52,659 bases of DNA from a virus (taxonomy: Duplodnaviria > Caudoviricetes). This document shows positions 1 through 9,216 of the stretch, one piece after another. Positions within the stretch are counted from its first letter, which is position 1, and every line of letters starts with the position of its first letter. A program made the position numbers and the translations under genes. The stretch covers positions 1 through 52,659 of IMG/VR virus record IMGVR_UViG_3300020042_002183. One strand, written 5' to 3'. The notes under the pieces were generated by a model, which worked only from the letters and a program-made list of their open reading frames with translations, was not told where the DNA came from and searched no databases.

Positions 1-121
1 CCAAACGCTGACATCATTGTGAACAGGAAGAACGCTACAAATATTGCGATCAAAGCCATTGGCCTGATGTTTTTAGATAGCCACGAATCACTACCCATGT
101 CAGAGCGCCAGCGGTCTGTGA
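1..121. repeat. Terminal direct repeat (copy 1) indicating circular assembly
   Basis: 1-121 is identical to 52539-52659, and the holin ORF reads through the junction. Confidence 0.97.
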
Positions 122-293
122 TGTTCTCCTGTTCTGCCTTGTACATTTCCGTGTCGTTTGCCATCTTGGCAAGCTCACCGTCCTGCGCCATCTGTGCAAG
201 TTCTAATTGAGCCTTGGCCTTGGCCTGTGGGTCAGGAATGAGTTTATCGATGAGCTTGCCACCGACTTCTAAAAGGGCTGTGAGGGGGAACAT
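1..293 (-). CDS. Holin (3TM/GTA-holin-like), 5' part; spans the origin, about 137 aa in total
   Basis: ATG at 293 gives MFPLTALLEVGGKLIDKLIPDPQAKAKAQLEL...RWRSDMGSDSWLSKNIRP, continuing into 52418..52636; lies directly upstream of the endolysin on the circle. Confidence 0.8.
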   Translation of the reverse strand, partial: MFPLTALLEVGGKLIDKLIPDPQAKAKAQLELAQMAQDGELAKMANDTEMYKAEQENITDRWRSDMGSDSWLSKNIRPMALIAIFVAFFLFTMMSAF

Positions 294-311
294 AATTTAC
301 CTTTCTAACAG

Positions 312-782
312 TTACTGCCGCTGCCCAAGGATGCCCAAGGTGAAATAAATAATAGCGCCGACCAAAATTAAAAAGACACTTGCCAGCAGCACAAGCTCAA
401 TGACCTCATCCATCTCTTTTTTGCGGTTAGCCGCAGCTTCTTTTTCACGCCGCGCATCATGTGCAGACTCCACATCCATTGCCGCTGCTCTAGACCGAAT
501 GCGGTTCCACACATCGATTTTCCCCGCCTGCATGAACAAGAGTTGCAACTCATCCTCAAACCGCTTGGCCTGATCCAAAGCCATCTCAATCTGGATGGCA
601 GTGCCCATTGACGACTTGGACTTTTTGGCCTGAACAACCGCCTTGGTTGCAGTGGACTTTGCGTCAAAATACTTGCCAAGGACGGGGCCAAGAGACGATA
701 CATCGTCAACAGTCTTGCTGACCTTCTTGATCAGCGCAACTGCTGCCTGTATACCTGCTAGGGCCGTGAGTGGATCAATCAC
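312..782 (-). CDS. Hypothetical coiled-coil protein with C-terminal transmembrane helix
   Basis: 156-aa ORF with hydrophobic C-terminus (LVLLASVFLILVGAIIYFTLGIL), adjacent to the holin. Confidence 0.75.
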   Translation of the reverse strand: MIDPLTALAGIQAAVALIKKVSKTVDDVSSLGPVLGKYFDAKSTATKAVVQAKKSKSSMGTAIQIEMALDQAKRFEDELQLLFMQAGKIDVWNRIRSRAAAMDVESAHDARREKEAAANRKKEMDEVIELVLLASVFLILVGAIIYFTLGILGQRQ

Positions 783-936
783 TTTCGTTCTCCGCTACTT
801 TCTTAGGTTCAGGCTTGCCTTTCTCACGCCACTGGAGACACCAAACTTCTTTGCGGTCGGATGACCACGACCACCTTACGCACTCAACTGCTGGCGCTTG
901 AACCACAGGAGGCGGAGGTGGTAGGGCATCAGGCAT
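775..936 (-). CDS. Small hypothetical protein (53 aa)
   Basis: ATG at 936 overlaps the end of the upstream ORF; [36 protein letters not shown]. Confidence 0.55.
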   Translation of the reverse strand: MPDALPPPPPVVQAPAVECVRWSWSSDRKEVWCLQWREKGKPEPKKVAENESD

Positions 937-1087
937 CAGCAGGCTCTGGCGTGTTGCCCTCTGCCAGCCATGCAAGGTAGGCTTGGTAGTCTGTGTTCGC
1001 TGGGTCGAAGGGAATGACTGCACCATCAACCAAGCGTCTGATGCAATCTGCAATTGTGTTATCAAAGTTCAATAGTTGTTGGTACAT
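929..1087 (-). CDS. Tail fibre assembly/chaperone-like small protein (52 aa, not in ORF track)
   Basis: Hand-translated [51 protein letters not shown]; IP.DP.N.DYQ.YL.W...GN.P pattern typical of genes following tail fibres. Confidence 0.75.
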   Translation of the reverse strand: MYQQLLNFDNTIADCIRRLVDGAVIPFDPANTDYQAYLAWLAEGNTPEPADA

Positions 1088-1089
1088 TT

Positions 1090-2181
1090 TTATAGCTCCG
1101 CTGCAAAATCAACATAGGCTGCTGTGCTTGTTCCAACCCAAATACAAGGCCGATTTGCAGTTCCCCCACTTGAAATAGTAAAACGCTGTTGAGCGCTATC
1201 AGAACCAGCGTATAACGTCCCAAGTGTGACGTTTGCAGTAGTCGTAGTAATGTCGTTTGCGGCGGTTGTGCTTTGGCTAACTGTAGGTGAACTACGCATT
1301 GTTGTTGGGTATTTAACAAAGAAAGAACCCGCCGTAGAACTTGTAAAAAACCCTGTGCCAAATCCAGTTTCAGTTCCTGTTCCGGCAACCATCCGTGCAT
1401 AATACCGCTGACAAAGCGCCAACTCCGTCCCATAAGGTATGTAATCAAACGATGTAGCTGTGCTGCCTTTTTCAAGCTGCACGCCTGTGACCTGCCATGT
1501 TGCAGCGTTAGTTCCGATAACGGAAACAGCGCCTGTTGCTGAGTAGTAATTAGCCGCAGCCCATGCACCAGCAGTTCCGCTAAGTGTAGAGCCAACACCA
1601 AGACCGAAATAAACCCGTAGACCAATGCCGTTAGTTGCGCCGATCCAAGTTCCTGATGTATCGCCAGCAATGGTTACTGTTTTTTGTTCCCAAGTACTTG
1701 CCACGCTAATTGTGTATGTAAACGGAAACGATCTTGTTCTTGCAGAATTTTGTAATGCGCCGCCAAATGTTCCTGTTAAAGAAGATTTAACATAAAAAGA
1801 CAGGGTAATAGTTGCTGCTGACGCGCTACCAAAAACTAAATCAGCAGTGTTAAATCCTTCTATATATTGCCCAACAATTAAATCCTGTGACGCTCCAAGA
1901 GAAGCATCCGCTGCTGTTACAGTAAACTTTTGTGAAAAATTAAACCCAGTCGGCGCGTTTGTTTCTTGAGTTACTGTAACTGTTCCATCCGTATTTTCTT
2001 CCATTTCCCATCTGTCTATGGTGTACACACTAGCAGGGGAAACAAAACTTGTTCCTCTTTGTGAAATCACCATCGCGCCGTTGATGATGCGGTTCTTGAA
2101 CCCGAAGCCCGTGGCAGCGGTGGTCTGTACGCTGCTGTCGTTGAAGGTGACTCCATCTGTCCCACTAATTGATACTGTCAT
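1090..2181 (-). CDS. Tail fibre / receptor-binding protein with carbohydrate-binding-like domain
   Basis: [16 protein letters not shown]...[15 protein letters not shown]...ELALCQRYY motifs of phage fibre lectin-like domains. Confidence 0.8.
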   Translation of the reverse strand: MTVSISGTDGVTFNDSSVQTTAATGFGFKNRIINGAMVISQRGTSFVSPASVYTIDRWEMEENTDGTVTVTQETNAPTGFNFSQKFTVTAADASLGASQDLIVGQYIEGFNTADLVFGSASAATITLSFYVKSSLTGTFGGALQNSARTRSFPFTYTISVASTWEQKTVTIAGDTSGTWIGATNGIGLRVYFGLGVGSTLSGTAGAWAAANYYSATGAVSVIGTNAATWQVTGVQLEKGSTATSFDYIPYGTELALCQRYYARMVAGTGTETGFGTGFFTSSTAGSFFVKYPTTMRSSPTVSQSTTAANDITTTTANVTLGTLYAGSDSAQQRFTISSGGTANRPCIWVGTSTAAYVDFAAEL

Positions 2182-2220
2182 ATCTTTCCTTCTGAGAATA
2201 CGTTTACAAACACTGCGCCT

Positions 2221-2499
2221 TTATAGCGTCTGCGAACCAGTGGTAACGGGTTGAACCAGTTCAGGCTGTGGCGGTGATTCTGGAATCTGCACAATCGCCA
2301 GACTTATTTGGCTGTAGTAAAAGCCCATCGCAGTTACATCATCTGCACATTCAAGCCAGAACAATGGTGGCGCAACTTCAAACTGAGCGTCTGAAACCTG
2401 TGCTACACGCTGACCAAGTACAGTGTAAACAGGTGTTTGCCCATCCCATGCAGAGATGTAAGAAACTTGTTCGTTTGGGGAAATTAATGCGTTTTTCAT
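2221..2499 (-). CDS. Hypothetical tail-associated protein
   Basis: 92-aa ORF between fibre genes. Confidence 0.7.
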   Translation of the reverse strand: MKNALISPNEQVSYISAWDGQTPVYTVLGQRVAQVSDAQFEVAPPLFWLECADDVTAMGFYYSQISLAIVQIPESPPQPELVQPVTTGSQTL

Positions 2500-2501
2500 T
2501 T

Positions 2502-3290
2502 TTAAAACTCCACAACAACAACGCCGCTAGAACCAGCGCCACCAGCAGCGTCAGTTGCAGTAGCCGCTATACCGCCACCGCCGCCATTACCAAATCCGGT
2601 TGCCGCAGGCCCAACTTGAGTTCCACCAGTAATCAGTGCAGGAGAACCTCCACCGCCCCCTAGAAGGCCAGCACCCCCGTACCGATTTACATCTGAAACC
2701 GCTGTTGTTGGGCTGCCTGACGAACCGCCACCACCACCACCTGTATACAAATTGAGAGCTGTATCAATGGAGCCTTTAAAGCCGTTAGAGCCAGTAATGT
2801 TTATATCTCCACCAGAACCAGCGCCGCCAGCAGCGCCATTACCCCCTGTAGAGCCAACGGTATTAGTTGCTGCGGTTGAGCCTCCAGTAGCGGAACAATA
2901 CGAGCCAAACGAAGATGTAAGAGTCGCTGTGCCAACAGTTACTGTTATAAGATCGCCCGGTGTAAGTCCGGTGACAAACTCAATAGCAGCACCACCCGCG
3001 CCACCACCACCAGCCGATGAGGTGGTTCCAGTAGCCGCGCCACCATTACCGCCGCCACCAATTACGGTTACTTTGACTGCTGTGACTCCCGTGGGGACAG
3101 TAAATGTTCCAGAGCTTGTAAATACTTGGCCTCTACCACCTATGTAGGCGTTGGCTGGTATTGATGCTAATGTAACCAATGTGCCTGTTTCGTCAGGCAG
3201 CGTCAGTGTGCGGTTTGTGTTTGTGACAGGGGCTAACAGGGTGACCGTACCCGTGCCGGTAGCGCCTCCTTGAACGGCTAATAGACTCAT
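2502..3290 (-). CDS. Glycine-rich tail fibre protein
   Basis: Likely start MSLLAVQGG at 3290 with GGAGG RBS; FTSSGTFTVPTGVT.VKVTVIGGGG glycine-rich domain ending GVVVVEF. Confidence 0.8.
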   Translation of the reverse strand: MSLLAVQGGATGTGTVTLLAPVTNTNRTLTLPDETGTLVTLASIPANAYIGGRGQVFTSSGTFTVPTGVTAVKVTVIGGGGNGGAATGTTSSAGGGGAGGAAIEFVTGLTPGDLITVTVGTATLTSSFGSYCSATGGSTAATNTVGSTGGNGAAGGAGSGGDINITGSNGFKGSIDTALNLYTGGGGGGSSGSPTTAVSDVNRYGGAGLLGGGGGSPALITGGTQVGPAATGFGNGGGGGIAATATDAAGGAGSSGVVVVEF

Positions 3291-3342
3291 GCTGCCTCCA
3301 GTGCGGTGATGCGGGTTGTCAGGGCTGTGATAAGGGCTTTCA

Positions 3343-3546
3343 TTACCAACCAGCCATGCTGACGTATTTCTGACCATCAGCACCGCAGTCAGCAAGGAAA
3401 TCAGCCTTCTGCTCAATGCTGTAATTGCGGCACTTGACCCGCTTGAGTTCTACTGGCAAGCCATCGCTGCCAAGGATTTCTTCAATCCATGTGGCCTCTA
3501 AAGTGTTTGATTTAATGTCGTGGCAGACTGCGGCAAGATAAGACAT
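3343..3546 (-). CDS. Hypothetical protein (67 aa)
   Basis: Start MSYLAAVCHD at 3546 preceded by AGGAG. Confidence 0.7.
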   Translation of the reverse strand: MSYLAAVCHDIKSNTLEATWIEEILGSDGLPVELKRVKCRNYSIEQKADFLADCGADGQKYVSMAGW

Positions 3547-3559
3547 GGTTTGCTCCTGA

Positions 3560-4453
3560 TTAAGATGTTGCGCCTTTGATGACGGCAAAGTTGATTACGA
3601 CAGCTTCTGAAAGTGAGCCACCAGTTATGTTTGTAAGTCTGATATTAAAGACTCCACCACTTACAAATGCTGGTTGAACTGTGTAGCTACTACCAGCAGA
3701 GACAACAACCACAACGACATCTGTAGCGGTAATTATGGAATTATTTATGCTGAAAGAAACAGTAGAACCAGACCCCAGTGCAGCGTTGTTTGTTGTTACC
3801 TGACCCGTAGGCTTGTTTAGGGTGACTGCCGTTCCCTTGTTTGTTGCTTGGGTGACAGTGCCACCAGCACCTGTTCCGTAACCAAGACCGGCAGCATTAG
3901 TGACCAGCAAGTTACCGCTGGAGTCGATACGCATACGCTCTGCTCTAGTGCCGCTAACTCTGGTCTGGAAACTAAGAGCGCCAGCCCCGCTTGATTCGTA
4001 TAAGTTTCCAATGTACGACTCAGAATTAGTTCCACCTAAAAAATATATACCAGCGCCGCTTCCTGCCGTTGTGCTGGCGTTAGTAATTTCTAGACCCCAC
4101 GATGTAGTGGCATCAAAGCCAGCACTGGCTACTGTTGTATTGCTGGTATTGGTCGCCCTAATCGCGCCGGTTACATCTACCTTATAAGCTGGCGAACTTG
4201 TCCCAATACCCAACCCTGTTGAGGTGAGGCGAGTACCTTCTGTGCCAGCAACAGATGTTGCAACAGTGTCAGCAGCGGGGAAGAAGATGCCTGTGTTGGT
4301 GTCGCCTGTGGTGGTGATAGCAGGCAATGCCGCTGTGCCAGCCGCAAAGGTTGTCACACCCGTCACAGCTAGGGTCGTTGCAATAGTCTCAGCCGCAGTG
4401 TTCACCACGCCTGGAGTGTTAATTCCACTTGTTCCGTCAATAGTAACTGCCAT
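3560..4453 (-). CDS. Tail fibre protein
   Basis: GDTNTGIFFPAADT, GLGIGTSSP and ERMRIDSSGNLLV fibre repeats. Confidence 0.82.
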   Translation of the reverse strand: MAVTIDGTSGINTPGVVNTAAETIATTLAVTGVTTFAAGTAALPAITTTGDTNTGIFFPAADTVATSVAGTEGTRLTSTGLGIGTSSPAYKVDVTGAIRATNTSNTTVASAGFDATTSWGLEITNASTTAGSGAGIYFLGGTNSESYIGNLYESSGAGALSFQTRVSGTRAERMRIDSSGNLLVTNAAGLGYGTGAGGTVTQATNKGTAVTLNKPTGQVTTNNAALGSGSTVSFSINNSIITATDVVVVVVSAGSSYTVQPAFVSGGVFNIRLTNITGGSLSEAVVINFAVIKGATS

Positions 4454-4461
4454 ATATTTCC

Positions 4462-6210
4462 TTAAACTACAACCCAGCGACTGCCGCTAGGAACTGTAAC
4501 GACTACGCCACCAGACACGCTCATTGGCCCTGCACTCATGGCGCTGCTTCCGCTTGGGATGCTGTAGCTTGTTGCCACGGTGTTGGAGTTCACCACCAAT
4601 CCGTTTGATGCCACCAATGCACTTGCTTGCAACTCGCCAGTAGAAGGCTTGTACAAATACTTGGCATTGCTGGTAAAAATTAATGTTGGTATGCCGCTGG
4701 TTGCTGATGCAAAAAGCGGGAAAAGATTTGTTGCTGTTGCGGTGTCGTTGTTTATCTCTGAGCCGCCTCCAACAGCAGACCATGCAGTGCCGTTGTATCC
4801 CTCAAATTGAGTTGTCGTGCTGTTGAAGCGCAAATATCCTGTTGCGGCAGTTGGACGCTCACCCGTTGTACCAACAGGAATCAAAATTGCATCTGTGGAA
4901 CTAATTGCCAACTTTACTGCTGGAGAAGCTGTCCCAACCCCCACATTACCAGCAGAGGTGATACGCATGCGCTCAGTAGGCGTTGAAGCACCATCAGCAG
5001 TGGTGCTAAAAGTCAAACGTCCGGGCATGTCGTTTGTGCCGGGAGTGCCGTCTACTTCTCCCAAAATACTTGCTGCTTCAATTAAGTTGGTTCCGTCAGC
5101 ACCATAAAATGCTATCGTGCCAAGGTCGTCATTATTAGAAAGGATTGCGTTACTGCCTACTGTTGAACTCCTAGATTTTGTTAAGTATATAAAATTTGCG
5201 GAGTTATTTGCTGAATACCTTCCTAACCACATAGCAGCATAATTATTAGCACCTAATTGCTGATATGCTGGAGTTATCCCGCTGATTGTTTGCGCTGTAG
5301 TGTTTCCCACAAGCACTGTTCCAGTCGAATCAATTGCAAATGCCGTTGCATCTGTACTAGTAGCGTCCTCAACCAACAAAGCATTGCCTGAACCAAGCTG
5401 AGTGATGCGAAGGGCAGCGTTGGTGTTGTCAGTGGTGGAAATAACCGTGGCTTTGCTGAATGTAGCAATACCAGTGGTGTCTGCCAGAACAATGCTGGCT
5501 GTGCCGTCTTTGGCCTTGATATTGGTTACTTCAAGGTTGGTGGCATCAACAGTTGTTGCGTTGACGGTAGTGATGTTGCCCGTTGTGGAAGCCAGCGTGG
5601 TGATGGTCATCACGCCAGTAGAGTCAGCAATTGTTGCAGACGCTGTGCCGTCCTTGGCCTTAATGTTGGTGACTTCAAGGTTTGTGGCATCAACATCAGT
5701 AAAAGCAACGGCTGTGTTTTGCAGTGCAACTTGAAACCAAAGCATGGCTGTTGTGCCAAGCGTATCGGTTGACTTGAAGGTGGTTGCAAATTGCTCACCA
5801 CCATTGAGCGTACCAGAGCGCACAGAGATGATGCGTCCCGCAATCTCAGACGAACTGTTGGTGTCAATTGATCTAGTCCATGCGCCAGCAGAGGCAACAT
5901 ACACGCCATTGTTTTGACTCAATGTCTGATCTTTGACCAACACACGCTGATTAGCAGTCACTGAAACACCATCAATTGTTTGAGTGCCAGACAAAGTGAT
6001 ATTTGCTGTGGTGGCAACAAGCACCGACAAAATTGAAACAGAGCTTCCTGAAGCCAGCACCTGCACCACACCACTACTGTCCTTGTAATACAAGATACCG
6101 TCGTTAGTGTTGATTGCCAACTCACCATTGGTCAAGTCAGCAGCAAGGGGCGTATTGCCAGCGCTGGTGCTGTAGTAAAGCTGGATGGGGGTAAAGCCTG
6201 ACTGTGCCAT
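4462..6210 (-). CDS. Long tail fibre protein
   Basis: GELAINTNDG.LYYKD N-terminus, NITLSGTQTIDGV...RVLVKDQT..QNNGVY module, ERMRITSAGNVGVGT; Thr/Ser/Gly rich. Confidence 0.85.
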   Translation of the reverse strand: MAQSGFTPIQLYYSTSAGNTPLAADLTNGELAINTNDGILYYKDSSGVVQVLASGSSVSILSVLVATTANITLSGTQTIDGVSVTANQRVLVKDQTLSQNNGVYVASAGAWTRSIDTNSSSEIAGRIISVRSGTLNGGEQFATTFKSTDTLGTTAMLWFQVALQNTAVAFTDVDATNLEVTNIKAKDGTASATIADSTGVMTITTLASTTGNITTVNATTVDATNLEVTNIKAKDGTASIVLADTTGIATFSKATVISTTDNTNAALRITQLGSGNALLVEDATSTDATAFAIDSTGTVLVGNTTAQTISGITPAYQQLGANNYAAMWLGRYSANNSANFIYLTKSRSSTVGSNAILSNNDDLGTIAFYGADGTNLIEAASILGEVDGTPGTNDMPGRLTFSTTADGASTPTERMRITSAGNVGVGTASPAVKLAISSTDAILIPVGTTGERPTAATGYLRFNSTTTQFEGYNGTAWSAVGGGSEINNDTATATNLFPLFASATSGIPTLIFTSNAKYLYKPSTGELQASALVASNGLVVNSNTVATSYSIPSGSSAMSAGPMSVSGGVVVTVPSGSRWVVV

Positions 6211-6225
6211 TTTCTGTCCTTAAAT

Positions 6226-6501
6226 TTATGGAGTGATAACCTTGCCGCCATACGCTGGCGACTGGTCATCAACGCCGTCCAGTGCCAAATCTGGCCTTGG
6301 GAATCTGATCGTTATTTTCTCTGTTTTTCGGGCAGCAAGTCGATAGGGATCAAACTCATCTGCACAGCCTTGTCCGCAAACAAGGAGACCGGGGAAGTTG
6401 GGATCATTTCGTGACTCAGCATGTGGGCGCTTCATCTTGCACCTATCACACACAAAGACAGCTATGTCGGACATCCCCGTGGTGTCAAGGAATCTTGCCA
6501 T
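6226..6501 (-). CDS. Cys-rich (CxxC...CxxxC) conserved phage protein
   Basis: Start MARFLDTTG at 6501 after GAGG; CDRC and CGQGC. Confidence 0.7.
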   Translation of the reverse strand: MARFLDTTGMSDIAVFVCDRCKMKRPHAESRNDPNFPGLLVCGQGCADEFDPYRLAARKTEKITIRFPRPDLALDGVDDQSPAYGGKVITP

Positions 6502-6505
6502 GATG

Positions 6506-7576
6506 TCACCTCGTGTAGACCGAAATATTCGGGGCGTAGTAGATCGGTGACTTGTCCCGCTCTTCCTGCTCTGCAAGGTTAAAGGCTTTCTCGCCCTGAG
6601 CTTCCAAGTACATGATGCGCTGCATGTCCACACCCGGCAACTCCAGCGCCATCTGGTGCGCCAGCATCGCTTGGATGGCGTACTGCCACCTCTGGGGGAT
6701 TTCAAGCTCATTTGTAAGCGCACCGACATCCATGATCTGGCGTGAGTACCACACAGTCATCTGGACAAATGGATCTGATGGGACGGGCCACAAGTAGATC
6801 GAAGCCTGCGGGATTGTGCGGTCAAACCAATACTGAAATGGCTGGTTGGCCGTGAAATTCTTGTTGGGCAAGTTGGTGTAGTCGTCTCGATTCAACCGCG
6901 CCATGGTGATTTCCGTGGCGTTGTTGCCAAAATACAACTCCCGCACACTCAGCGTGTTGCCGCCAGTCTCGCGCATGCGGTAGTACTGGGCGTTCACCCC
7001 TGTCTCGATGTCGTACCAGACCCATTCGCCGTCAACCCATGCGGTAACACCGGGGGCGTAGAGCGTAGTCCATGTTGACCCGTCATTGGATGTCTCAAAC
7101 ACCACATTAAACGAGCCTGTGACCCCCGCCATGACACCAATTGAGCCAATGTAGACGGTGTCACCAGTGCCAAAATTGACCGCAATGTTGCCGTTTATGG
7201 CGTTCTGGGTGCATTTGGTTGTGATGTCGTCGTCAAAGGCGTTTGCAGCCACGCCAGACGAGGCTGTGTAGCCCCCAGTCGAGTTGGGTGTAGGACGGCT
7301 CATACGGCGGTACAGAGCCTGCAATACATCGTTCCCGCCTACTGGCAGGTCATAGACATACTTGTCTGGCTGGATGCCGTAGACCTTCTTGCTGATGCAC
7401 CAGTATTGGATCCCCATGTTGATGAGGTTGGACAAGAGGTAGTACAGCGACTCTCGTGCAGAGATCTGTTGCTCAGAAGTCAGTTCCTCAGCCAGCTTGC
7501 CTGCCCGACGAGCGCCATGGTCAATGTATGTCTGGACATTGATAACCGTTGTTCCGACTGTTCCTGAGTAAGACAT
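6506..7576 (-). CDS. Head-tail adaptor-like virion protein with inserted discoidin (F5/8C)-like domain
   Basis: 356 aa; adaptor-like N and C termini (YLWPVP...EIPQRWQYAI) flank ANAFDDD...FETSNDGSTWTTL...YYRMRE. Confidence 0.6.
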   Translation of the reverse strand: MSYSGTVGTTVINVQTYIDHGARRAGKLAEELTSEQQISARESLYYLLSNLINMGIQYWCISKKVYGIQPDKYVYDLPVGGNDVLQALYRRMSRPTPNSTGGYTASSGVAANAFDDDITTKCTQNAINGNIAVNFGTGDTVYIGSIGVMAGVTGSFNVVFETSNDGSTWTTLYAPGVTAWVDGEWVWYDIETGVNAQYYRMRETGGNTLSVRELYFGNNATEITMARLNRDDYTNLPNKNFTANQPFQYWFDRTIPQASIYLWPVPSDPFVQMTVWYSRQIMDVGALTNELEIPQRWQYAIQAMLAHQMALELPGVDMQRIMYLEAQGEKAFNLAEQEERDKSPIYYAPNISVYTR

Positions 7577-7588
7577 TGTTTTTCCTTG

Positions 7589-7843
7589 TCAGCATTTCCA
7601 CCTGTTAAGCGCCGCTGCTTTACGGGTTGGTTTGCCTTTTTCGTCTTTCATCGGCCCCGGCACACCGCTCATACGAGCGCAAAAAGAATCTTTTCGTGCG
7701 CCGCCTTGAGGTTGTGGTGCTTTCAAATTGCTACCAGTTGCTGCATTGTATTTGGCTCGACCTTTGGCAGTTAGTCCAGCCCCTTTAGAAGCAGGCAACT
7801 TTTCGCCACGGCCAATAGCAAGAGAGGGGGGTTTTTTTGCCAT
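7589..7843 (-). CDS. Small basic protein (DUF6321-like)
   Basis: GLTAKGRAKYN...NLKAP...RKDSFCARM...ALNRWKC. Confidence 0.7.
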   Translation of the reverse strand: MAKKPPSLAIGRGEKLPASKGAGLTAKGRAKYNAATGSNLKAPQPQGGARKDSFCARMSGVPGPMKDEKGKPTRKAAALNRWKC

Positions 7844-7845
7844 GA

Positions 7846-8085
7846 TTAAGACCTATGTTTGGCTGTTTTTTGCGCAATTTTTTTAGGTTGCGCTACGAAT
7901 TGTTTCCCCGCAGCTTTGCCAGCACGTTTTGCACGAGTTGTCGCAGCGTACTCAGCAGAGCTAAGACTTTTGATCGCAGCTTCTGGTAAATATCGTTCAC
8001 CAGTGTCAGAAGATTTTTTACCACTTTTGGTTCTCCATTTTTGATCACCCCAAGCTTTCAATGATTGCTGAGGCTTTTTAATCAC
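7846..8085 (-). CDS. Small basic protein (DUF5872 C-terminal-half-like)
   Basis: QQSLKAWGDQKWRTKSG...TGERYLP; GTG start at 8085 overlaps the end of the upstream gene. Confidence 0.7.
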   Translation of the reverse strand: MIKKPQQSLKAWGDQKWRTKSGKKSSDTGERYLPEAAIKSLSSAEYAATTRAKRAGKAAGKQFVAQPKKIAQKTAKHRS

Positions 8086-8530
8086 GATAACCACCACCTG
8101 CTTCTTTGTAGCGCTTTGCTACAACCTGTGCTTTACGGGCTGACCATTGACCAGCGCCTGTGCCTGCCGTATTTTCAGACTTAACGGCGTTGAAGATGCG
8201 CTTGCGCAACTCTGGCTTGGTGTAATTGCCTGCTGCGTTTACTGTTGACTTGCCGCCTTCTTTGTAAGAAGCAGTTTTAGCCGCATTTGCAAAATCGCTA
8301 GATTTGGGTGAACCCTTGCTACCAACACTGCGCATTTTCTCGCCAGAACCGGAGGCTATACGTTGTTTCTTTGCGGCAATATTTGCATACAAACCACCAC
8401 CCGCCATCTTGGCATCTTGTTTGACAAACTCTTTGCCAACCTTGGCGGGGATGCCGGTCTTCTTGGCAAACTCAGGGTTGTGCGCAACTGCCGCCATCAA
8501 ACGATGCTGGGCTGGGGATTTACTGGGCAT
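8078..8530 (-). CDS. Basic protein (DUF5872 N-terminal-half-like)
   Basis: NYTKPELRKRI...GQWSARKAQ..AKRYK..GGGY. Confidence 0.7.
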   Translation of the reverse strand: MPSKSPAQHRLMAAVAHNPEFAKKTGIPAKVGKEFVKQDAKMAGGGLYANIAAKKQRIASGSGEKMRSVGSKGSPKSSDFANAAKTASYKEGGKSTVNAAGNYTKPELRKRIFNAVKSENTAGTGAGQWSARKAQVVAKRYKEAGGGYRD

Positions 8531-8765
8531 TTTTCATCTCCATCATGCGATCAAGTTTTTCGCCTAACTTGTCAATTCGATCAAGCACTCGATTGATGTC
8601 AACATGCACCTCGTTCTTGGTAACGTACTCCTTGGCAATTTCTTCGCGGGTGCGATTTAGCAAGATAGTGATGCGCTGAAGTTCAGCAGACTTCTCCCGA
8701 AGAATCCAGCCCATGACTGAGGTAGCCATGGTCAAAACCGCAACCCAGAGTGTGCTCATCTCCAT
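8520..8765 (-). CDS. Hypothetical protein, N-terminal TM helix plus coiled coil
   Basis: MEMSTLWVAVLTMATSVMGWIL...TREEIAKEYVTK. Confidence 0.7.
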   Translation of the reverse strand: MEMSTLWVAVLTMATSVMGWILREKSAELQRITILLNRTREEIAKEYVTKNEVHVDINRVLDRIDKLGEKLDRMMEMKNAQ

Positions 8766-8767
8766 GA

Positions 8768-9172
8768 TCAAGCATATCCTTTGACCATCTCTAAGATGCA
8801 CCAATAAGTGTCACCAGAGCTTGCGTCAGCCGTGCTGAACACAATGTCACCAGTAACGCCAGCACCGCCATTGTTGGTAATGCCGCCAAATTCTGTCATG
8901 TCAAGCGTCTGCGTTGCACCGGGCGACGACAAAAAGAACGGCACATCCGTTGTGGCATCCCAAAACATTCTGACTTCCATGCCGTGGTTGGCGATGTAGA
9001 TTTTGGTGACTGTAACTCTGTCACACGCAGCGCCTGATGCGCTTGCAGCAAGTGCAGAAACATCTACCTTTAAAACCGCAGACTCACCAGTACCGTCACT
9101 GATGTTTGTAAATTTCATGATTACCGTGCGCTCACCATCTATAAGCGTTTGGCTCGTAACTGCATCAGCCAT
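8768..9172 (-). CDS. Hypothetical virion structural protein
   Basis: Start MADAVTSQ after GGAG; beta-rich, in capsid operon. Confidence 0.7.
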   Translation of the reverse strand: MADAVTSQTLIDGERTVIMKFTNISDGTGESAVLKVDVSALAASASGAACDRVTVTKIYIANHGMEVRMFWDATTDVPFFLSSPGATQTLDMTEFGGITNNGGAGVTGDIVFSTADASSGDTYWCILEMVKGYA

Positions 9173-9188
9173 ATATCTCTCCAATTAG

Positions 9189-9212
9189 AAGCGGGGGCCG
9201 AAGCCCCCACTT
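9189..9212 (-). promoter_or_regulatory. C(UUCG)G tetraloop hairpin between stop codon and RBS
   Basis: AAGTGGGGGC-TTCG-GCCCCCGCTT on minus strand; no U-tract. Confidence 0.7.
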
Positions 9213-9216
9213 TGGT

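Noticed and set aside
8070-8090. Programmed frameshift fusing the two DUF5872-like ORFs
   Set aside because: There is no slippery heptamer before the stop, and a GTG start with overlap explains it.
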